This document shows, in pieces, positions 33,172 through 44,206 of a stretch of 44,861 bases of DNA (position 1 is its first letter; every line of letters starts with the position of its first letter). The stretch is from Actinomycetota bacterium (GTDB taxonomy: Bacteria; Actinomycetota; Actinomycetes; Nanopelagicales; Nanopelagicaceae). The DNA is taken from positions 1-44,861 of the forward strand of contig JBEANJ010000004.1 of assembly GCA_041165565.1 (NCBI GenBank). Direction: 5' to 3'. The position numbers and the translations under genes were made by a program. The notes below the pieces were generated by a model. It ran no database searches. It was not told the origin of the DNA and saw nothing but the letters and a program-made list of their open reading frames with translations.

Positions 33172-33764
33172 AGGCTCTCGACCCAATTCTTTATCAATTT
33201 TAAGCCGGCAGCTCCCGATTTTTCAGGATGGAATTGAACGGCAGACACCAATTCAGTTTCTACCGCACAAATAAATTTGCCCTCGTAATCAGTATATGAA
33301 TTTACAGCGCCTGCTATGGGCGAGAGAGTCCCATAGCTATGAACAAAATAAAATCTCTCACTTTCAATCCCCCGAAACAAATTAGATTTCTCATTTACTT
33401 CTACCTGGTTCCAGCCAATATGAGGAAGTATTCTTGCAGGCAAAATTTCCACCTCGCCTTTTAGTATGCCAAGGCCATTGCTAATCTCTTTTTCAAATCC
33501 TTTGGTGAAGAGGATCTGCATTCCTACGCAGATTCCAAGTATTTTTTTCCCAGATGAAATATGTTTTTGAATAATTTTCTCGCCATCAATAGCACGAAGT
33601 TGATTCATACAGGCTGCAAACGCTCCTACTCCCGGAATTACCAACCCCTCGGCTGATGCACAGACATTTGGGTCAGAGGTAACGATTACCTCTTGAGATG
33701 TAGTTGCGAATGCACGTTCAGCTGAGCGAATATTTCCAGAACCGTAATCAAGGATTGCTATCAA
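33168..33764 (-). CDS. hisH: Imidazole glycerol phosphate synthase, glutamine amidotransferase subunit
   Basis: It has a TTG start with a TTGA overlap onto the hisB stop. Motifs are [20 protein letters not shown] (catalytic Cys) and QFHPEKS. Confidence 0.9.
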   Translation of the reverse strand: MIAILDYGSGNIRSAERAFATTSQEVIVTSDPNVCASAEGLVIPGVGAFAACMNQLRAIDGEKIIQKHISSGKKILGICVGMQILFTKGFEKEISNGLGILKGEVEILPARILPHIGWNQVEVNEKSNLFRGIESERFYFVHSYGTLSPIAGAVNSYTDYEGKFICAVETELVSAVQFHPEKSGAAGLKLIKNWVESL

Positions 33765-34345
33765 AGAGAGCCCTTAGTTGAAGGTATCCCACCTACTCGA
33801 GAATCTAACGACACTGCTTCTTTTAGAGCACGCGCAACAGCTTTAAATTGGGCTTCATAAACATGGTGAGCATTTCTACCTTCAAGAACTCTTATATGTA
33901 GAGCGATACGGGCCTCGGCTACAAACGATTCCCAGATGTGGCGACCGAGAGTTGTATCGAAAGTTCCAATTAACTCAACAATATTTGGTTCTTGGTGAAC
34001 TAGATACGGGCGACCGGATAGATCTACTGCGGCTTGGACCAATACTTCATCGAGAGGAACGAGAGCATCACCAAATCTTCGAATTCCTGATTTATCTCCG
34101 AGAGCTTCTCTTAGAGCTTGTCCCAACGCGAGCGAAGTATCTTCAACGCTATGGTGTGAATCAACTTCTATATCTCCTACAGTTTTAATCTCAAGATCAA
34201 AACTCGCGTGTTTACCGAGTTGGCTCAACATGTGATCAAAAAACGGTTCTCCGGTAGAGATTTCAATTTTTCCAGTACCGTCAAGATTCAATTTGACCGA
34301 GACGTCAGACTCTTTAGTAGTTCTCTTTACTGACGCTATTCTCAT
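33761..34345 (-). CDS. hisB: Imidazoleglycerol-phosphate dehydratase
   Basis: The ATG at 34345 follows AGGAG. Motifs are [26 protein letters not shown] and GRNAHH. Confidence 0.9.
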   Translation of the reverse strand: MRIASVKRTTKESDVSVKLNLDGTGKIEISTGEPFFDHMLSQLGKHASFDLEIKTVGDIEVDSHHSVEDTSLALGQALREALGDKSGIRRFGDALVPLDEVLVQAAVDLSGRPYLVHQEPNIVELIGTFDTTLGRHIWESFVAEARIALHIRVLEGRNAHHVYEAQFKAVARALKEAVSLDSRVGGIPSTKGSL

Positions 34346-34371
34346 AAGTCTCCTAAGTGAGGTGCGCAATT

Positions 34372-35454
34372 CTAGCGTAGCGAGGTTTTGATTGCGTTAA
34401 GAAATTGATCATTCTCCTCAGGTGTGCCGATTGTTACTCGAAGATAACCTTCAATTCCCACATCTCTTATCAAGATTCCCTTATCCAATATTTCTTGCCA
34501 AAGTGCCTGGCTCTTGAGCCGAAATCCGGTAAAGAAAAGGAAATTAGCTCCGCTATCCATCACCTTTAGACCAAGCTTTACCAGCTCATCTCGCAATCGA
34601 GCTCGCTCGGCAACAATTAATTGGATCTCAGATTGCATCACTTTTACATTTCTTAGCGCAACCAAAGCTGCTGCTTGAGTGAGAGCGCTTAGGTGATAAG
34701 GAAGTCTAACAATCTTTAAACCTGAGATAACGCTTGAATCCGCAACTAGATATCCAACTCTTGCTCCAGCAAATGCAAAAGCTTTACTCATAGTCCGAAC
34801 CACCGCTACTTGAGGATGTTTTCTAATCAATTCAATCGCCGATTTTTCATCTGAAAATTCGGCATACGCCTCATCAACGATTAATAGCGTGCTTCTTCCC
34901 TTAAGGAATTCTGCAATTCTTTCGAGTTGATTAAACGCAACGACGCCGCCAGTTGGATTGTTGGGAGAGGTGATGAATACGAGAGATGGATTTATTTCAT
35001 CGATTCTTTCAAATAGAGCGGATAAATCAACCGTGAAATCATCCTTTAGAGGAAGCGAAATCCATTGAGCGCCGGTTATTTTGGCAATCAATGGATGCAC
35101 AGAATATGAGGGTGAGAGACCGATGCAACCCGAACGTGCAAACGCCAAGAAGACTTGCTGCAAGATTTCGTTGCTGCCATTTGCAGCCCAAATGTTTTCT
35201 TTCGTTAAATCATCGAATGAAAGGTAATTTGCAAGAGCAGTTCTTAGCTTTACTGCATCTCGATCGGGATATCGGTTTAAATCGCTCGAAATAGATTCAA
35301 TTTCTCGGGTAAGTTCTGTTACAACAGATATGGGAAGCGGGTAAGGATTTTCATTTGTATTTAATTTGGTTACATCTTCAATTTGTGGTGCGCCATAAAT
35401 ATGGCTATCCCGAAGGGAGTCCTTGATGGGCAACCAGCTAGGCCAATTTGGCAT
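34372..35454 (-). CDS. hisC: Histidinol-phosphate aminotransferase
   Basis: 360 aa, with [16 protein letters not shown] and [15 protein letters not shown] (PLP Lys). Confidence 0.9.
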   Translation of the reverse strand: MPNWPSWLPIKDSLRDSHIYGAPQIEDVTKLNTNENPYPLPISVVTELTREIESISSDLNRYPDRDAVKLRTALANYLSFDDLTKENIWAANGSNEILQQVFLAFARSGCIGLSPSYSVHPLIAKITGAQWISLPLKDDFTVDLSALFERIDEINPSLVFITSPNNPTGGVVAFNQLERIAEFLKGRSTLLIVDEAYAEFSDEKSAIELIRKHPQVAVVRTMSKAFAFAGARVGYLVADSSVISGLKIVRLPYHLSALTQAAALVALRNVKVMQSEIQLIVAERARLRDELVKLGLKVMDSGANFLFFTGFRLKSQALWQEILDKGILIRDVGIEGYLRVTIGTPEENDQFLNAIKTSLR

Positions 35455-35467
35455 TTGTGAACTCCAA

Positions 35468-35944
35468 TCAAGTTTGCGCTTCTGGGGCTAATGTCGCTCC
35501 ATCCACGCCCCATGCGCCATCAATCCTAGACAATAGGTATTCCATCCAATAAGCCTTACCGTCATTTCCTGTCACTTTTACGCCGAAGACGAAGTAATCT
35601 TCACTTGAGTCACAAGAGTAAATCTCAAATTTCTCAAGGTCGAGCAACATTGAGTATTGATTAGTTATTATCGAGGCGAATTGATCAATTGAATTAGTTG
35701 CGCGAAAATCAGCAGATGCAAATCCATAAGCAACTTTCGGATCCGGATCGCTAAAGGCATTTAACTGCCCTTTGATCCACCGCGATCCCTCTTCAAAATA
35801 TTTTGGATCGCAATTGTTCTGGAGCTCTAGGGTTGAACTATCTTCAATATCGGTTGGCTCCTCCGTTTCGTTCGAACAACCAACTGCAAAAATAAGCGTC
35901 GAAAATAATATGGAGGAGAGTTTTAATCGACTTTTAGTATTCAA
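35468..35944 (-). CDS. Small lipoprotein of unknown function (possibly an NTF2-like / DUF4864-like fold)
   Basis: It has a TTG start and a signal peptide with the lipobox FAVGCS. No catalytic motif is recognisable. The domain guess comes from memory of the family pattern only. Confidence 0.55.
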   Translation of the reverse strand: MNTKSRLKLSSILFSTLIFAVGCSNETEEPTDIEDSSTLELQNNCDPKYFEEGSRWIKGQLNAFSDPDPKVAYGFASADFRATNSIDQFASIITNQYSMLLDLEKFEIYSCDSSEDYFVFGVKVTGNDGKAYWMEYLLSRIDGAWGVDGATLAPEAQT

Positions 35945-35945
35945 T

Positions 35946-36041
35946 TTATTTATCTATGAAGTGGGTAAACGACCAACCCCATAACCAGGCAAAGGTGAAG
36001 ACGCCCAAGATATAGAGAATGTCCATCGCTGAAATATCCAT
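35946..36041 (-). CDS. Candidate 31-aa hydrophobic, Trp-rich micro-protein
   Basis: MDISAMDILYILGVFTFAWLWGWSFTHFIDK. It starts 17 nt after the gltD stop, and its TAA ends 1 nt before the lipoprotein TTG. It fills an otherwise atypically long 114-nt gap. No clear SD is present. Confidence 0.3.
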   Translation of the reverse strand: MDISAMDILYILGVFTFAWLWGWSFTHFIDK

Positions 36042-36058
36042 AACGTAAGGGTAGTCGG

Positions 36059-37516
36059 CTATACGGTTAGTGGCTTGCTAGACGGTTCTATTGGAGATGG
36101 GAGTTGGGTCCGTCCCATTAAGAATTGATCTACGGCGGCTGCAGCGCTCCTGCCCTCAGCTATCGCCCACACAATTAGGGACTGGCCGCGTCCGGCATCA
36201 CCGCAGACATATACATTTTCAATATTTGTTGCAAAATCTTTATCTCGCTTGATGGCACCACGTTCATCGAGAGCGAGTTCAAGATCTAGTACTAATTTAT
36301 TCTGCTCCGGCCCAGTAAATCCAAGGGCAAGTAGAACCAAATCAGCATCGAGAATTCGCTCAGTTCCAGAAACCGGCTCGAACTTGCCATTTTCATACTT
36401 GGTCTCCACTATTTTCAATCCGGTTAAATTGCCTTCTTTATCCTTTATAAATTCCTGGGTTGATATTGAATACAGACGTTCTCCGGCTTCTTCATGGGCG
36501 CTGCTAACTCGATAAACGGCTGGATAAGTTGGCCATGGTTGAGAAGTTGGTCTTTCATCAGATGGCCTAGGCAAAATTTCAATTTGAGTAATCTCAGCAG
36601 CGCCTTGGCGAATAGCTGTACCGAGACAATCGGCACCGGTATCGCCACCTCCCAAAATAATTACGCGTTTACCTTTTGCAGAGATTTTTGGCTCCTCTTT
36701 CAACTCTCCGAGCGCTTGCTTATTTCCCCATGGGAGATATTCCATAGATTGATAAACGCCCTTGGCATCTCTTCCTGGAATATTCAATTCGCGAGCTTGG
36801 GTAGCGCCAACTGCAAGTACAACGGCGTCATATCTAGTTTTCAAATCTGATGCAGTTAAATCAACGCCGACATTTACACCGGCTCGAAATTGTGTACCTT
36901 CTTGTTTCATTTGATTTAGTCGACGATCAAGTATCGATTTTTCCATCTTAAATTCGGGAATTCCGTATCTCAGTAATCCGCCGATTTTGTCAGCTCGCTC
37001 GTAAACAACAACGGTATGTCCTGCCCGCGTAAGTTGTTGCGCGGCTGCAAGTCCAGCTGGACCGGAACCAATAACGGCGACAGTCTTTCCGGTGATTCGA
37101 TCTGGGGGAAGCGGGCGGACGGTGCCTGATTGAAAGGCCTCTTCAATTGTGCGTAGCTCAATCTGTTTGATGGTTACTGGATCTTGATTGATACCAAGTA
37201 CGCATGCGGTCTCGCAAGGAGCTGGACAAAGTCGTCCCGTAAATTCTGGAAAATTGTTTGTCGCATGGAGACGGTTAATTGCTTCAAATTTTTCATTCCG
37301 CCAAATTAAGTCATTCCACTCCGGAATGAGATTTCCTAGTGGGCAGCCTTGATGGCAGAAAGGAATTCCACAGTCCATACATCTTCCAGCTTGATTGCGA
37401 AGGGCGCCAAACTCTTGCTCTTCGTAAACTTCTCTCCAATCTCGAATTCGCACATCCACCGGTCGGCGCTTTGGCGTCTCGCGATCGAATCGTAAGAAAC
37501 CTTTGGGATCAGCCAT
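36059..37516 (-). CDS. gltD: Glutamate synthase (NADPH) small subunit
   Basis: The ATG at 37516 overlaps the gltB stop (ATGGCTGA). Motifs are [26 protein letters not shown] and GGGDTGADC. Confidence 0.95.
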   Translation of the reverse strand: MADPKGFLRFDRETPKRRPVDVRIRDWREVYEEQEFGALRNQAGRCMDCGIPFCHQGCPLGNLIPEWNDLIWRNEKFEAINRLHATNNFPEFTGRLCPAPCETACVLGINQDPVTIKQIELRTIEEAFQSGTVRPLPPDRITGKTVAVIGSGPAGLAAAQQLTRAGHTVVVYERADKIGGLLRYGIPEFKMEKSILDRRLNQMKQEGTQFRAGVNVGVDLTASDLKTRYDAVVLAVGATQARELNIPGRDAKGVYQSMEYLPWGNKQALGELKEEPKISAKGKRVIILGGGDTGADCLGTAIRQGAAEITQIEILPRPSDERPTSQPWPTYPAVYRVSSAHEEAGERLYSISTQEFIKDKEGNLTGLKIVETKYENGKFEPVSGTERILDADLVLLALGFTGPEQNKLVLDLELALDERGAIKRDKDFATNIENVYVCGDAGRGQSLIVWAIAEGRSAAAAVDQFLMGRTQLPSPIEPSSKPLTV

Positions 37517-40500
37517 TAAGCACCTCAATTATTGCGGAATCAACCGATTTACCTGAACTTTTTGCGCTGGAAATTACCTTCAAGATTCGAGCGTAATCTC
37601 GCGGCATTACTCTAGTGAAACGTGCTAACGATTTTTGCCAATCTTTCATGAGTGACTCAGCAACTTTCGAGCCAGTTTCAGCAAAGAATCTCGAAACTAT
37701 TGCCAAGAGTCGATCGCTATCTTCAGCCGGAACCGGTTGCAAATCAACCAATTCGGTATTAACTAATCTCGCATCAAGATCGAGTAAATACGCAACTCCT
37801 CCAGACATTCCGGCTGCAAAATTTCTACCTGTTTTCCCAAGAACTACGACGGTTCCACCGGTCATGTATTCACAACCGTGATCACCCGTACCTTCCACAA
37901 CTGCTGTGGCGCCCGAATTTCTTACACAGAAGCGCTCGCCAACGATTCCGCGAACAAAAATTTCACCGCTCGTTGCGCCATAGCCGACGACATTTCCAGC
38001 GATTATGTTCTTTTCTGAATCCAATTTAGCTTTTTCATCAGGCCGCACAATCAATCTACCTCCGGAGATTCCTTTTCCAAGGTGATCATTAACATCTCCG
38101 TAGAGGCGAATAGTCAAACCGCGCGGAATAAATGCACCTAAGGACTGGCCGGCAGATCCATGAAGAGTCACCTCTATCGTGTCTTCAGGTAGGCCTTCGC
38201 CGCCATAACGCTTAGTTATTTCAGATCCGAGAATTGTTCCCACAGTTCGATTTCTATTGGTGATCGGCATCGAAATTGTTGTGTGTTTACCTGATTCTAA
38301 AGCGGGTTTAGCTAGCTCTAGTAGTTCGAAATCAAGAGCACTTGCTAATCCATGGTCTTGAGATTTTTCGCGCTTTCGGGCGGGGAATTTACTCTCGCTT
38401 GGAAATTCCAAAATTGGAGAAAGATCAAGCCCAGAGGCTTTCCAGTGATCAATCGCTTTCTTGGTATCTAATAATTCAACTTGGCCGATAGCCTCTTCTA
38501 AAGAGCGGAAACCTAACTTAGCCAGCCACTCACGTACTTCTTCCGCAATATATTCGAAGAATGTCTCAACAAATTCAGGTTTTCCGGTAAATCGCTTACG
38601 TAATTCTGGATTTTGAGTTGCAACGCCTACCGGGCAAGTATCGAGATGACAGACGCGCATCATGACGCACCCTGATACGACTAGCGGAGCGGTTGCAAAG
38701 CCATATTCTTCGGCACCAAGCAGGGCCGCGATGACTACATCTCTGCCGGTCTTCATCTGGCCATCGGTTTGAACCACAATGCGATCACGTAATCCATTGA
38801 GAATTAAAGTCTGTTGAGTTTCAGCTAATCCCAACTCCCAGGGTGCGCCAGCATGCTTAAGTGAAGTAAGGGGTGAAGCGCCGGTTCCGCCATCATGTCC
38901 AGAAATTAAAACTACATCTGCATGAGCCTTGCTTACGCCGGCAGCTACCGTTCCAACTCCGACTTGTGCCACTAATTTCACATGAATTCTTGCGTCACGA
39001 TTTGAATTCTTTAGATCGTGAATCAATTGGGCCAAATCTTCGATGGAATAAATATCGTGATGCGGCGGCGGCGATATCAATCCAACTCCCGGAGTTGAAT
39101 GACGCGTTTTAGCTATCCATGGGTAAACCTTATTTCCAGGTAGCTGTCCACCTTCACCAGGCTTTGCACCTTGCGCCATCTTGATCTGTAAATCATCAGC
39201 ATTAACTAGATATTCACTTGTGACACCAAATCGGGCTGATGCGACTTGCTTGATTGCAGAGCGCTTGGAGTCTCCGTTGGGCAGTTTGGTATAGCGCTCA
39301 GGATCTTCGCCACCTTCTCCAGTATTTGATTTGCCACCGAGACGATTCATTGCAATTGCCAGCGTTTCGTGAGCTTCTTGCGAGATTGATCCATAAGACA
39401 TTGCGCCGGTAGAGAACCGCTTTACGATAGAACTTATAGGTTCAACTTCTTCGATTGAAATTGGCTTACGAATACCTTCTTTAAAGGTAAATAGACCTCT
39501 TAAGGTCATTAAAGACTTCGCCTGTTCATCAACGCGAGAGGTGTAACGGCGGAAAATGTCGTAGCGCTTTGCTCGAGTTGCGTGCTGTAGAGCGAATACG
39601 GTTTCCGGATCGAATAAATGTGGTTCGCCATCGCGGCGCCATTGATATTCGCCTCCAATCTGAAGGCGCATCGTGTTGGGAATTTCGCCACCAGGTGGAT
39701 AAGCGATGTGGTGGCGCTTAATTGTCTCTTCCGCAATCACATCAATACCTACTCCACCCAATCTAGAGGTGGTGCCGGTGAAATATTCATCGATTATTTC
39801 TTGCGATAGTCCTAACGCTTCAAAGGTTTGAGCTCCCGTGTAAGAAGCAATCGTTGAAATACCCATCTTGGACATAACTTTCAGTACGCCCTTACCGAGA
39901 GATTTGATTAAGTTGTAAACCGCAGCTTCCGGGGTCACATCGGTTATTACGCCTTGGAAAACGAGATCCTCCGCACTTTCCATAGCGAGATATGGATTTA
40001 CCGCAGCTGCGCCATAGCCAACCAATAGCGCAACGTGGTGAACTTCTCTAACTTCACCAGACTCAACTACTAAACCAACCTGGGTTCTCGTCTTTTCGCG
40101 AATCAAATGATGATGAACTGCAGCAGTTAAGAGCAAGGAAGGAATTGGGGCATTTTCCGCATCTCCATCACGATCCGATAGAACAATGATGTGCGCACCT
40201 TCCCGAATCGCTTGGGAAACTTCCCTTCTAATCTCTTCAATACGATTCTTTAAACCTTCGCCACCTTCTGAGATTGGGAAAAGGCCTTTAACTTTGTAAG
40301 CAGTCAATCCGGGTCGGTTTCCATCAGCATTTATATGAATGATTTTTGCTAGCTGATCGTTGTCGATAACTGGAAAATCAAGAGTAATTTGGCGACAGGA
40401 TTCTGGGCCAGGGTCAAGTAGATTGTGTTCTGGTCCGATTGAGCCACCAAGTGAAGTGACAAGCTCTTCTCGAATTGCATCTAGTGGTGGATTTGTTACT

Positions 40501-42041
40501 TGCGCAAAGATTTGGCTGAAATAATCAAAGAGTAATCTCGGCTTCTCAGAGAGAACTGCAACTGGAGTATCAGTTCCCATAGAACCAATTGGTTCAGCGC
40601 CAGTCCTAGCCATCGGAGTGATGATTAAACGCAACTCTTCTTCTGTGTATCCAAATGCCCTTTGACGTCTTAGAACTGATGAATGCGGATAGAAGATATG
40701 TTCTCTCGTAGGAATATCTTTGAGGTCTACCAAACCATCCTTCAACCATTGGCCATACGGGGCCGCGCTCGCTAATTCATCCTTTATTTCATCATCTTCA
40801 ATCACGCGTCCTGCTTCAAGATCAACCAAGAACATCTTTCCTGGCTGTAGTCGACCTTTGCGAATCACTCTATCTGGTGCAATATCCAAAACACCGACCT
40901 CGCTAGCAAGGACAACTAACCCATCATCTGTGACCCAGAATCGACTTGGGCGTAAACCGTTTCGATCTAGAACTGCACCAATAAATTGGCCATCGCTAAA
41001 AGTTATACAAGCAGGTCCATCCCATGGCTCCATCAATGAGGCATGAAACTTATAAAAATCTCTGCGCTCTTGTGCCATGGTTGTATTTTTTTCCCATGCT
41101 TCCGGAATCATCATTAAAACTGAATGTGGAAGCGATCTACCTCCCAGATAAAGTAATTCAAGAACTTCATCAAACGAAGATGAATCGCTACCGTCTGGGT
41201 TTACTATCGGGAATAAGCGTTTGATGTCCCCAGGTATCAAGTTACTTTCTAACAAAGCCTCTCTTGCAGCCATCCAATTTCTATTTCCTTTTAAAGTATT
41301 GATCTCGCCATTATGAGCGATGAATCTATAGGGGTGGGCTAACGGCCAAGATGGAAAAGTATTAGTAGAAAATCTTGAGTGCACTAATGCAAAGGGAGAG
41401 GCAAATATTGGATCATTTAAGTCAGAAAAAAAGTCAGAAAGTTGATAGGTAGTCAACATTCCCTTATAAACTAAAGTACGAGTTGATAATCCTGTGAAAT
41501 ATATTGGCAGCGCATGTTCAACTCGCTTTCGGAAAACAAAAGCGCGGCGATCTAATTCAATACCAGTATCTTTTGTCAGGCTTGAGAGAAATATCTGCTT
41601 AAAATCTGGCATAACCGAAAGAGCCGTTTCGCCCAGACTTGAGGAGTCAACTGGTACATCTCGCCATCCAAGAATTTGAAGTCCCTCTTCAGATGCAAAC
41701 TTTTCTAAATCTGCTAAATCACCAAAATTCTTAGGAACAAATGCTATTCCAGTCGCATAACTTCCCGCGGCTGGTAAATTAAATTTAACGTTTGCGCGAA
41801 GGAATTCATCAGGAATCCGCACCATAATCCCGGCGCCGTCTCCACTATTTGGTTCAGCTCCCGAAGCACCGCGATGGTTTAGATTTCGAAGAGCTTGGAG
41901 TCCTTGTTGCACGATTTCATGGCTGGCTTTTTTATTTAAAGTTGCGACCATGGCAACGCCACAGGCATCATGCTCAAAAGAAGGATCGTAAAGACCGCTT
42001 CGTTCCGGCAGAGCGCTGAAAAGGCGATTTTGCTTTGCCAT
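37509..42041 (-). CDS. gltB: Glutamate synthase large subunit
   Basis: 1510 aa. It has the N-terminal amidotransferase Cys (EHDACGV), an FMN/3Fe-4S central domain, and the C-terminal GXGXG beta-helix domain. Confidence 0.95.
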   Translation of the reverse strand: MAKQNRLFSALPERSGLYDPSFEHDACGVAMVATLNKKASHEIVQQGLQALRNLNHRGASGAEPNSGDGAGIMVRIPDEFLRANVKFNLPAAGSYATGIAFVPKNFGDLADLEKFASEEGLQILGWRDVPVDSSSLGETALSVMPDFKQIFLSSLTKDTGIELDRRAFVFRKRVEHALPIYFTGLSTRTLVYKGMLTTYQLSDFFSDLNDPIFASPFALVHSRFSTNTFPSWPLAHPYRFIAHNGEINTLKGNRNWMAAREALLESNLIPGDIKRLFPIVNPDGSDSSSFDEVLELLYLGGRSLPHSVLMMIPEAWEKNTTMAQERRDFYKFHASLMEPWDGPACITFSDGQFIGAVLDRNGLRPSRFWVTDDGLVVLASEVGVLDIAPDRVIRKGRLQPGKMFLVDLEAGRVIEDDEIKDELASAAPYGQWLKDGLVDLKDIPTREHIFYPHSSVLRRQRAFGYTEEELRLIITPMARTGAEPIGSMGTDTPVAVLSEKPRLLFDYFSQIFAQVTNPPLDAIREELVTSLGGSIGPEHNLLDPGPESCRQITLDFPVIDNDQLAKIIHINADGNRPGLTAYKVKGLFPISEGGEGLKNRIEEIRREVSQAIREGAHIIVLSDRDGDAENAPIPSLLLTAAVHHHLIREKTRTQVGLVVESGEVREVHHVALLVGYGAAAVNPYLAMESAEDLVFQGVITDVTPEAAVYNLIKSLGKGVLKVMSKMGISTIASYTGAQTFEALGLSQEIIDEYFTGTTSRLGGVGIDVIAEETIKRHHIAYPPGGEIPNTMRLQIGGEYQWRRDGEPHLFDPETVFALQHATRAKRYDIFRRYTSRVDEQAKSLMTLRGLFTFKEGIRKPISIEEVEPISSIVKRFSTGAMSYGSISQEAHETLAIAMNRLGGKSNTGEGGEDPERYTKLPNGDSKRSAIKQVASARFGVTSEYLVNADDLQIKMAQGAKPGEGGQLPGNKVYPWIAKTRHSTPGVGLISPPPHHDIYSIEDLAQLIHDLKNSNRDARIHVKLVAQVGVGTVAAGVSKAHADVVLISGHDGGTGASPLTSLKHAGAPWELGLAETQQTLILNGLRDRIVVQTDGQMKTGRDVVIAALLGAEEYGFATAPLVVSGCVMMRVCHLDTCPVGVATQNPELRKRFTGKPEFVETFFEYIAEEVREWLAKLGFRSLEEAIGQVELLDTKKAIDHWKASGLDLSPILEFPSESKFPARKREKSQDHGLASALDFELLELAKPALESGKHTTISMPITNRNRTVGTILGSEITKRYGGEGLPEDTIEVTLHGSAGQSLGAFIPRGLTIRLYGDVNDHLGKGISGGRLIVRPDEKAKLDSEKNIIAGNVVGYGATSGEIFVRGIVGERFCVRNSGATAVVEGTGDHGCEYMTGGTVVVLGKTGRNFAAGMSGGVAYLLDLDARLVNTELVDLQPVPAEDSDRLLAIVSRFFAETGSKVAESLMKDWQKSLARFTRVMPRDYARILKVISSAKSSGKSVDSAIIEVLNG

Positions 42042-42140
42042 CGTTCTCCATCTCGAAATTTTCAGAGTAACTACATTGGGACGACGATGGCCCTTGAGGA
42101 GCGAAAACTTACCAAATTACCTGGGTGCAGGCATCCGGAG

Positions 42141-43442
42141 CTAAGCCTCAAATCGAGCGGTAATCGCCTCACCGTGCGCTGGCAGATTTTCGGCCTCAGC
42201 CAGTTTGACCACCTGAGCCGCAATTTCTGAGAGCGCCTGCTTGTTGTAATCGATCTGGGAAACATTTTTGAGAAAGGTGTTCACAGATAGAGCACTTGAG
42301 TGGCAAGCGCAGCCGCCCGTCGGGAGTACGTGATTTGAACCAGCTGCATAGTCCCCCAATGAAACCGGCGAATAAGTTCCGAGGAATATCGCTCCTGCAT
42401 TGCGCACTTTGGTGGATTGAGTTTCTGGATTATCTATAAGTAACTCTAAATGTTCTGGGGCATAAGCATTTATGACTGCGAAGCCATCATCTAAAGAGTC
42501 AACCAGCACGATTCCAGATTGTGAACCGCTAAGCGAAGTTTGAACTCGCTTTGCATGCTTGGTTGCAGCAGACCTCTTCGCAACTATTTCTTGAACCTTA
42601 TTGCTTAAATTCTCGGAGTTGGTAACGAGAATGGCGGCTGCGAGTTCATCGTGTTCTGCTTGGCTAATTAAATCTGCTGCGACGTGATTCGGATTTGCTC
42701 CCTCATCAGCCAAAACCATAATTTCAGTAGGTCCAGCTTCAGAATCTATTCCAATTAATCCTCGCAATGCGCGCTTTGCAGCCGCTACATAAATATTTCC
42801 TGGCCCAGTTACGATATCTACGCTTTCGCACAATCCTGGAACGCCATAAGCAAACATGGCAACAGCTTGCGCCCCGCCAATTGCAAAAACTTCATCAACG
42901 CCAAGTAACCGGCATGTGGCTAAGACAACCTCATCGGGCAGCCCACCGTTCTTCTTTTGTGGCGGCGAGGCGACCGCAATGCTAGCTACGCCCGCAATTT
43001 GGGCTGGGACCACATTCATAATTACCGAGCTGGGATAGGTGGCTAGACCCCCAGGAGCATATGTTCCAACTCGATCAACCGGAATCCATCTTCGAGTTAC
43101 ATTTCCACCTTCTACAACTTCAATTGCCTTCAAATTCGGCAATTGATCGGCGTGAACTTTCCTAACTCGGCGGATACTCTCTTCTAAAGCGCGCCTGAGA
43201 TCGACGTCTAACTTTTCAAGTGCAATATCCAAAGCTTCGCTAGTAACTCTAATTGAGTTTGGTCGAACTCCATCAAACTCTTGGCAGATATCTAGAAGGT
43301 CATTTTCACTAGCATTTGCTACGCGTTGCAGAATTGGATCTATCTTCTTGAGTGCATCGGAAATCGAAAAATTTCCTCGTGGTAACGCTCGTTTGAGTTC
43401 AGATTTACTTAGTTTTTTTCCACGGAAATCGAGTTGGCGCAT
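42141..43442 (-). CDS. hisD: Histidinol dehydrogenase
   Basis: I prefer the ATG at 43442, which follows GAGGTG, over the GTG at 43448. Motifs are TGPGNIYVAAAKR, SQAEHD and GDYAAGSNHVLPT. Confidence 0.95.
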   Translation of the reverse strand: MRQLDFRGKKLSKSELKRALPRGNFSISDALKKIDPILQRVANASENDLLDICQEFDGVRPNSIRVTSEALDIALEKLDVDLRRALEESIRRVRKVHADQLPNLKAIEVVEGGNVTRRWIPVDRVGTYAPGGLATYPSSVIMNVVPAQIAGVASIAVASPPQKKNGGLPDEVVLATCRLLGVDEVFAIGGAQAVAMFAYGVPGLCESVDIVTGPGNIYVAAAKRALRGLIGIDSEAGPTEIMVLADEGANPNHVAADLISQAEHDELAAAILVTNSENLSNKVQEIVAKRSAATKHAKRVQTSLSGSQSGIVLVDSLDDGFAVINAYAPEHLELLIDNPETQSTKVRNAGAIFLGTYSPVSLGDYAAGSNHVLPTGGCACHSSALSVNTFLKNVSQIDYNKQALSEIAAQVVKLAEAENLPAHGEAITARFEA

Positions 43443-43492
43443 CAACACCTCGCAAGTCTAATCTGTTAAAACATTCGAGGCAGATTTGTTTC

Positions 43493-44191
43493 TTACCAGG
43501 GAACTATTTCCCGATCTTCCCAAAGAACTCCTGTGGTATCGCCCGCGCTAAATTCTCTTGTTGCTAGCCAGATTGCGGTTTCGGCGCCCTCGGCCGCACT
43601 TCGCGGCGCGTCAGGACCTCCCATATCTGTGCGGCTATGGTTTGGACAGATTGCATCTACTAAGAATCCACGACTTCCGTGGCCGGTCTCGTGAGCGAGA
43701 TTTCGCACCAATGCATTTACACCAGCTTTAGAAATTCGATAGGGAGCTAAACCGCCGGCATTTCCTGGTCCAGACATTCTTCCTAGGCAGGCTGAAAAAA
43801 TGATGATTCGCCCCTTTCGAGCCTCCGCCATCTTTGAGCCAAATACATTTACTAGGGTAAATGTGGAATTTAAATTTATATTCATTACACGATTCCATTC
43901 AGAATCTGTTGTTCGCAATGTCTTTGCCATCTTCTCACTCATTACGCCATGAGCCAGTATCACTATATCCGGTACGCCATATTTCGCAAGCATATTCTCC
44001 GCAATTGCACGTGATTGAGATTGAATTTCTAAATCAACAATTTCAAAATCACAACCGATTTCCTTGGCCGTCGCAGCAGCTCTATCTTTATCTTTACTGA
44101 CGATAACTACTTTATCTCCGCGTTTTGCAAGCGCAAGTGCGACCTCTTTACCGAGGCCTCGGCTTCCGCCGGTAACAAATGCAAGTGGCAT
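43493..44191 (-). CDS. Short-chain dehydrogenase/reductase, carbonyl-reductase-like
   Basis: Motifs are FVTGGSRGLGKE and YRISKAG (YxxxK). 232 aa. Confidence 0.8.
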   Translation of the reverse strand: MPLAFVTGGSRGLGKEVALALAKRGDKVVIVSKDKDRAAATAKEIGCDFEIVDLEIQSQSRAIAENMLAKYGVPDIVILAHGVMSEKMAKTLRTTDSEWNRVMNINLNSTFTLVNVFGSKMAEARKGRIIIFSACLGRMSGPGNAGGLAPYRISKAGVNALVRNLAHETGHGSRGFLVDAICPNHSRTDMGGPDAPRSAAEGAETAIWLATREFSAGDTTGVLWEDREIVPW

Positions 44192-44206
44192 GCTGTTTAG
44201 TCTAGG

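Noticed and set aside
42042-42140. A GlnR- or AmtR-type nitrogen-regulator box, or a terminator, in the hisD-gltB spacer
   Set aside because: I found only loose half-site resemblances (GTAAT..GTAAG and GTTAC-N3-GAAAA) with the wrong spacing, and only 4-5 bp stems. Nothing is convincing without a position weight matrix scan.
43443-43492. A histidine attenuator, leader peptide or T-box upstream of hisD, and likewise upstream of hisC or hisG
   Set aside because: The spacers are only about 50, 13 and 0 nt long. They contain no His-codon run and no terminator/antiterminator structures.
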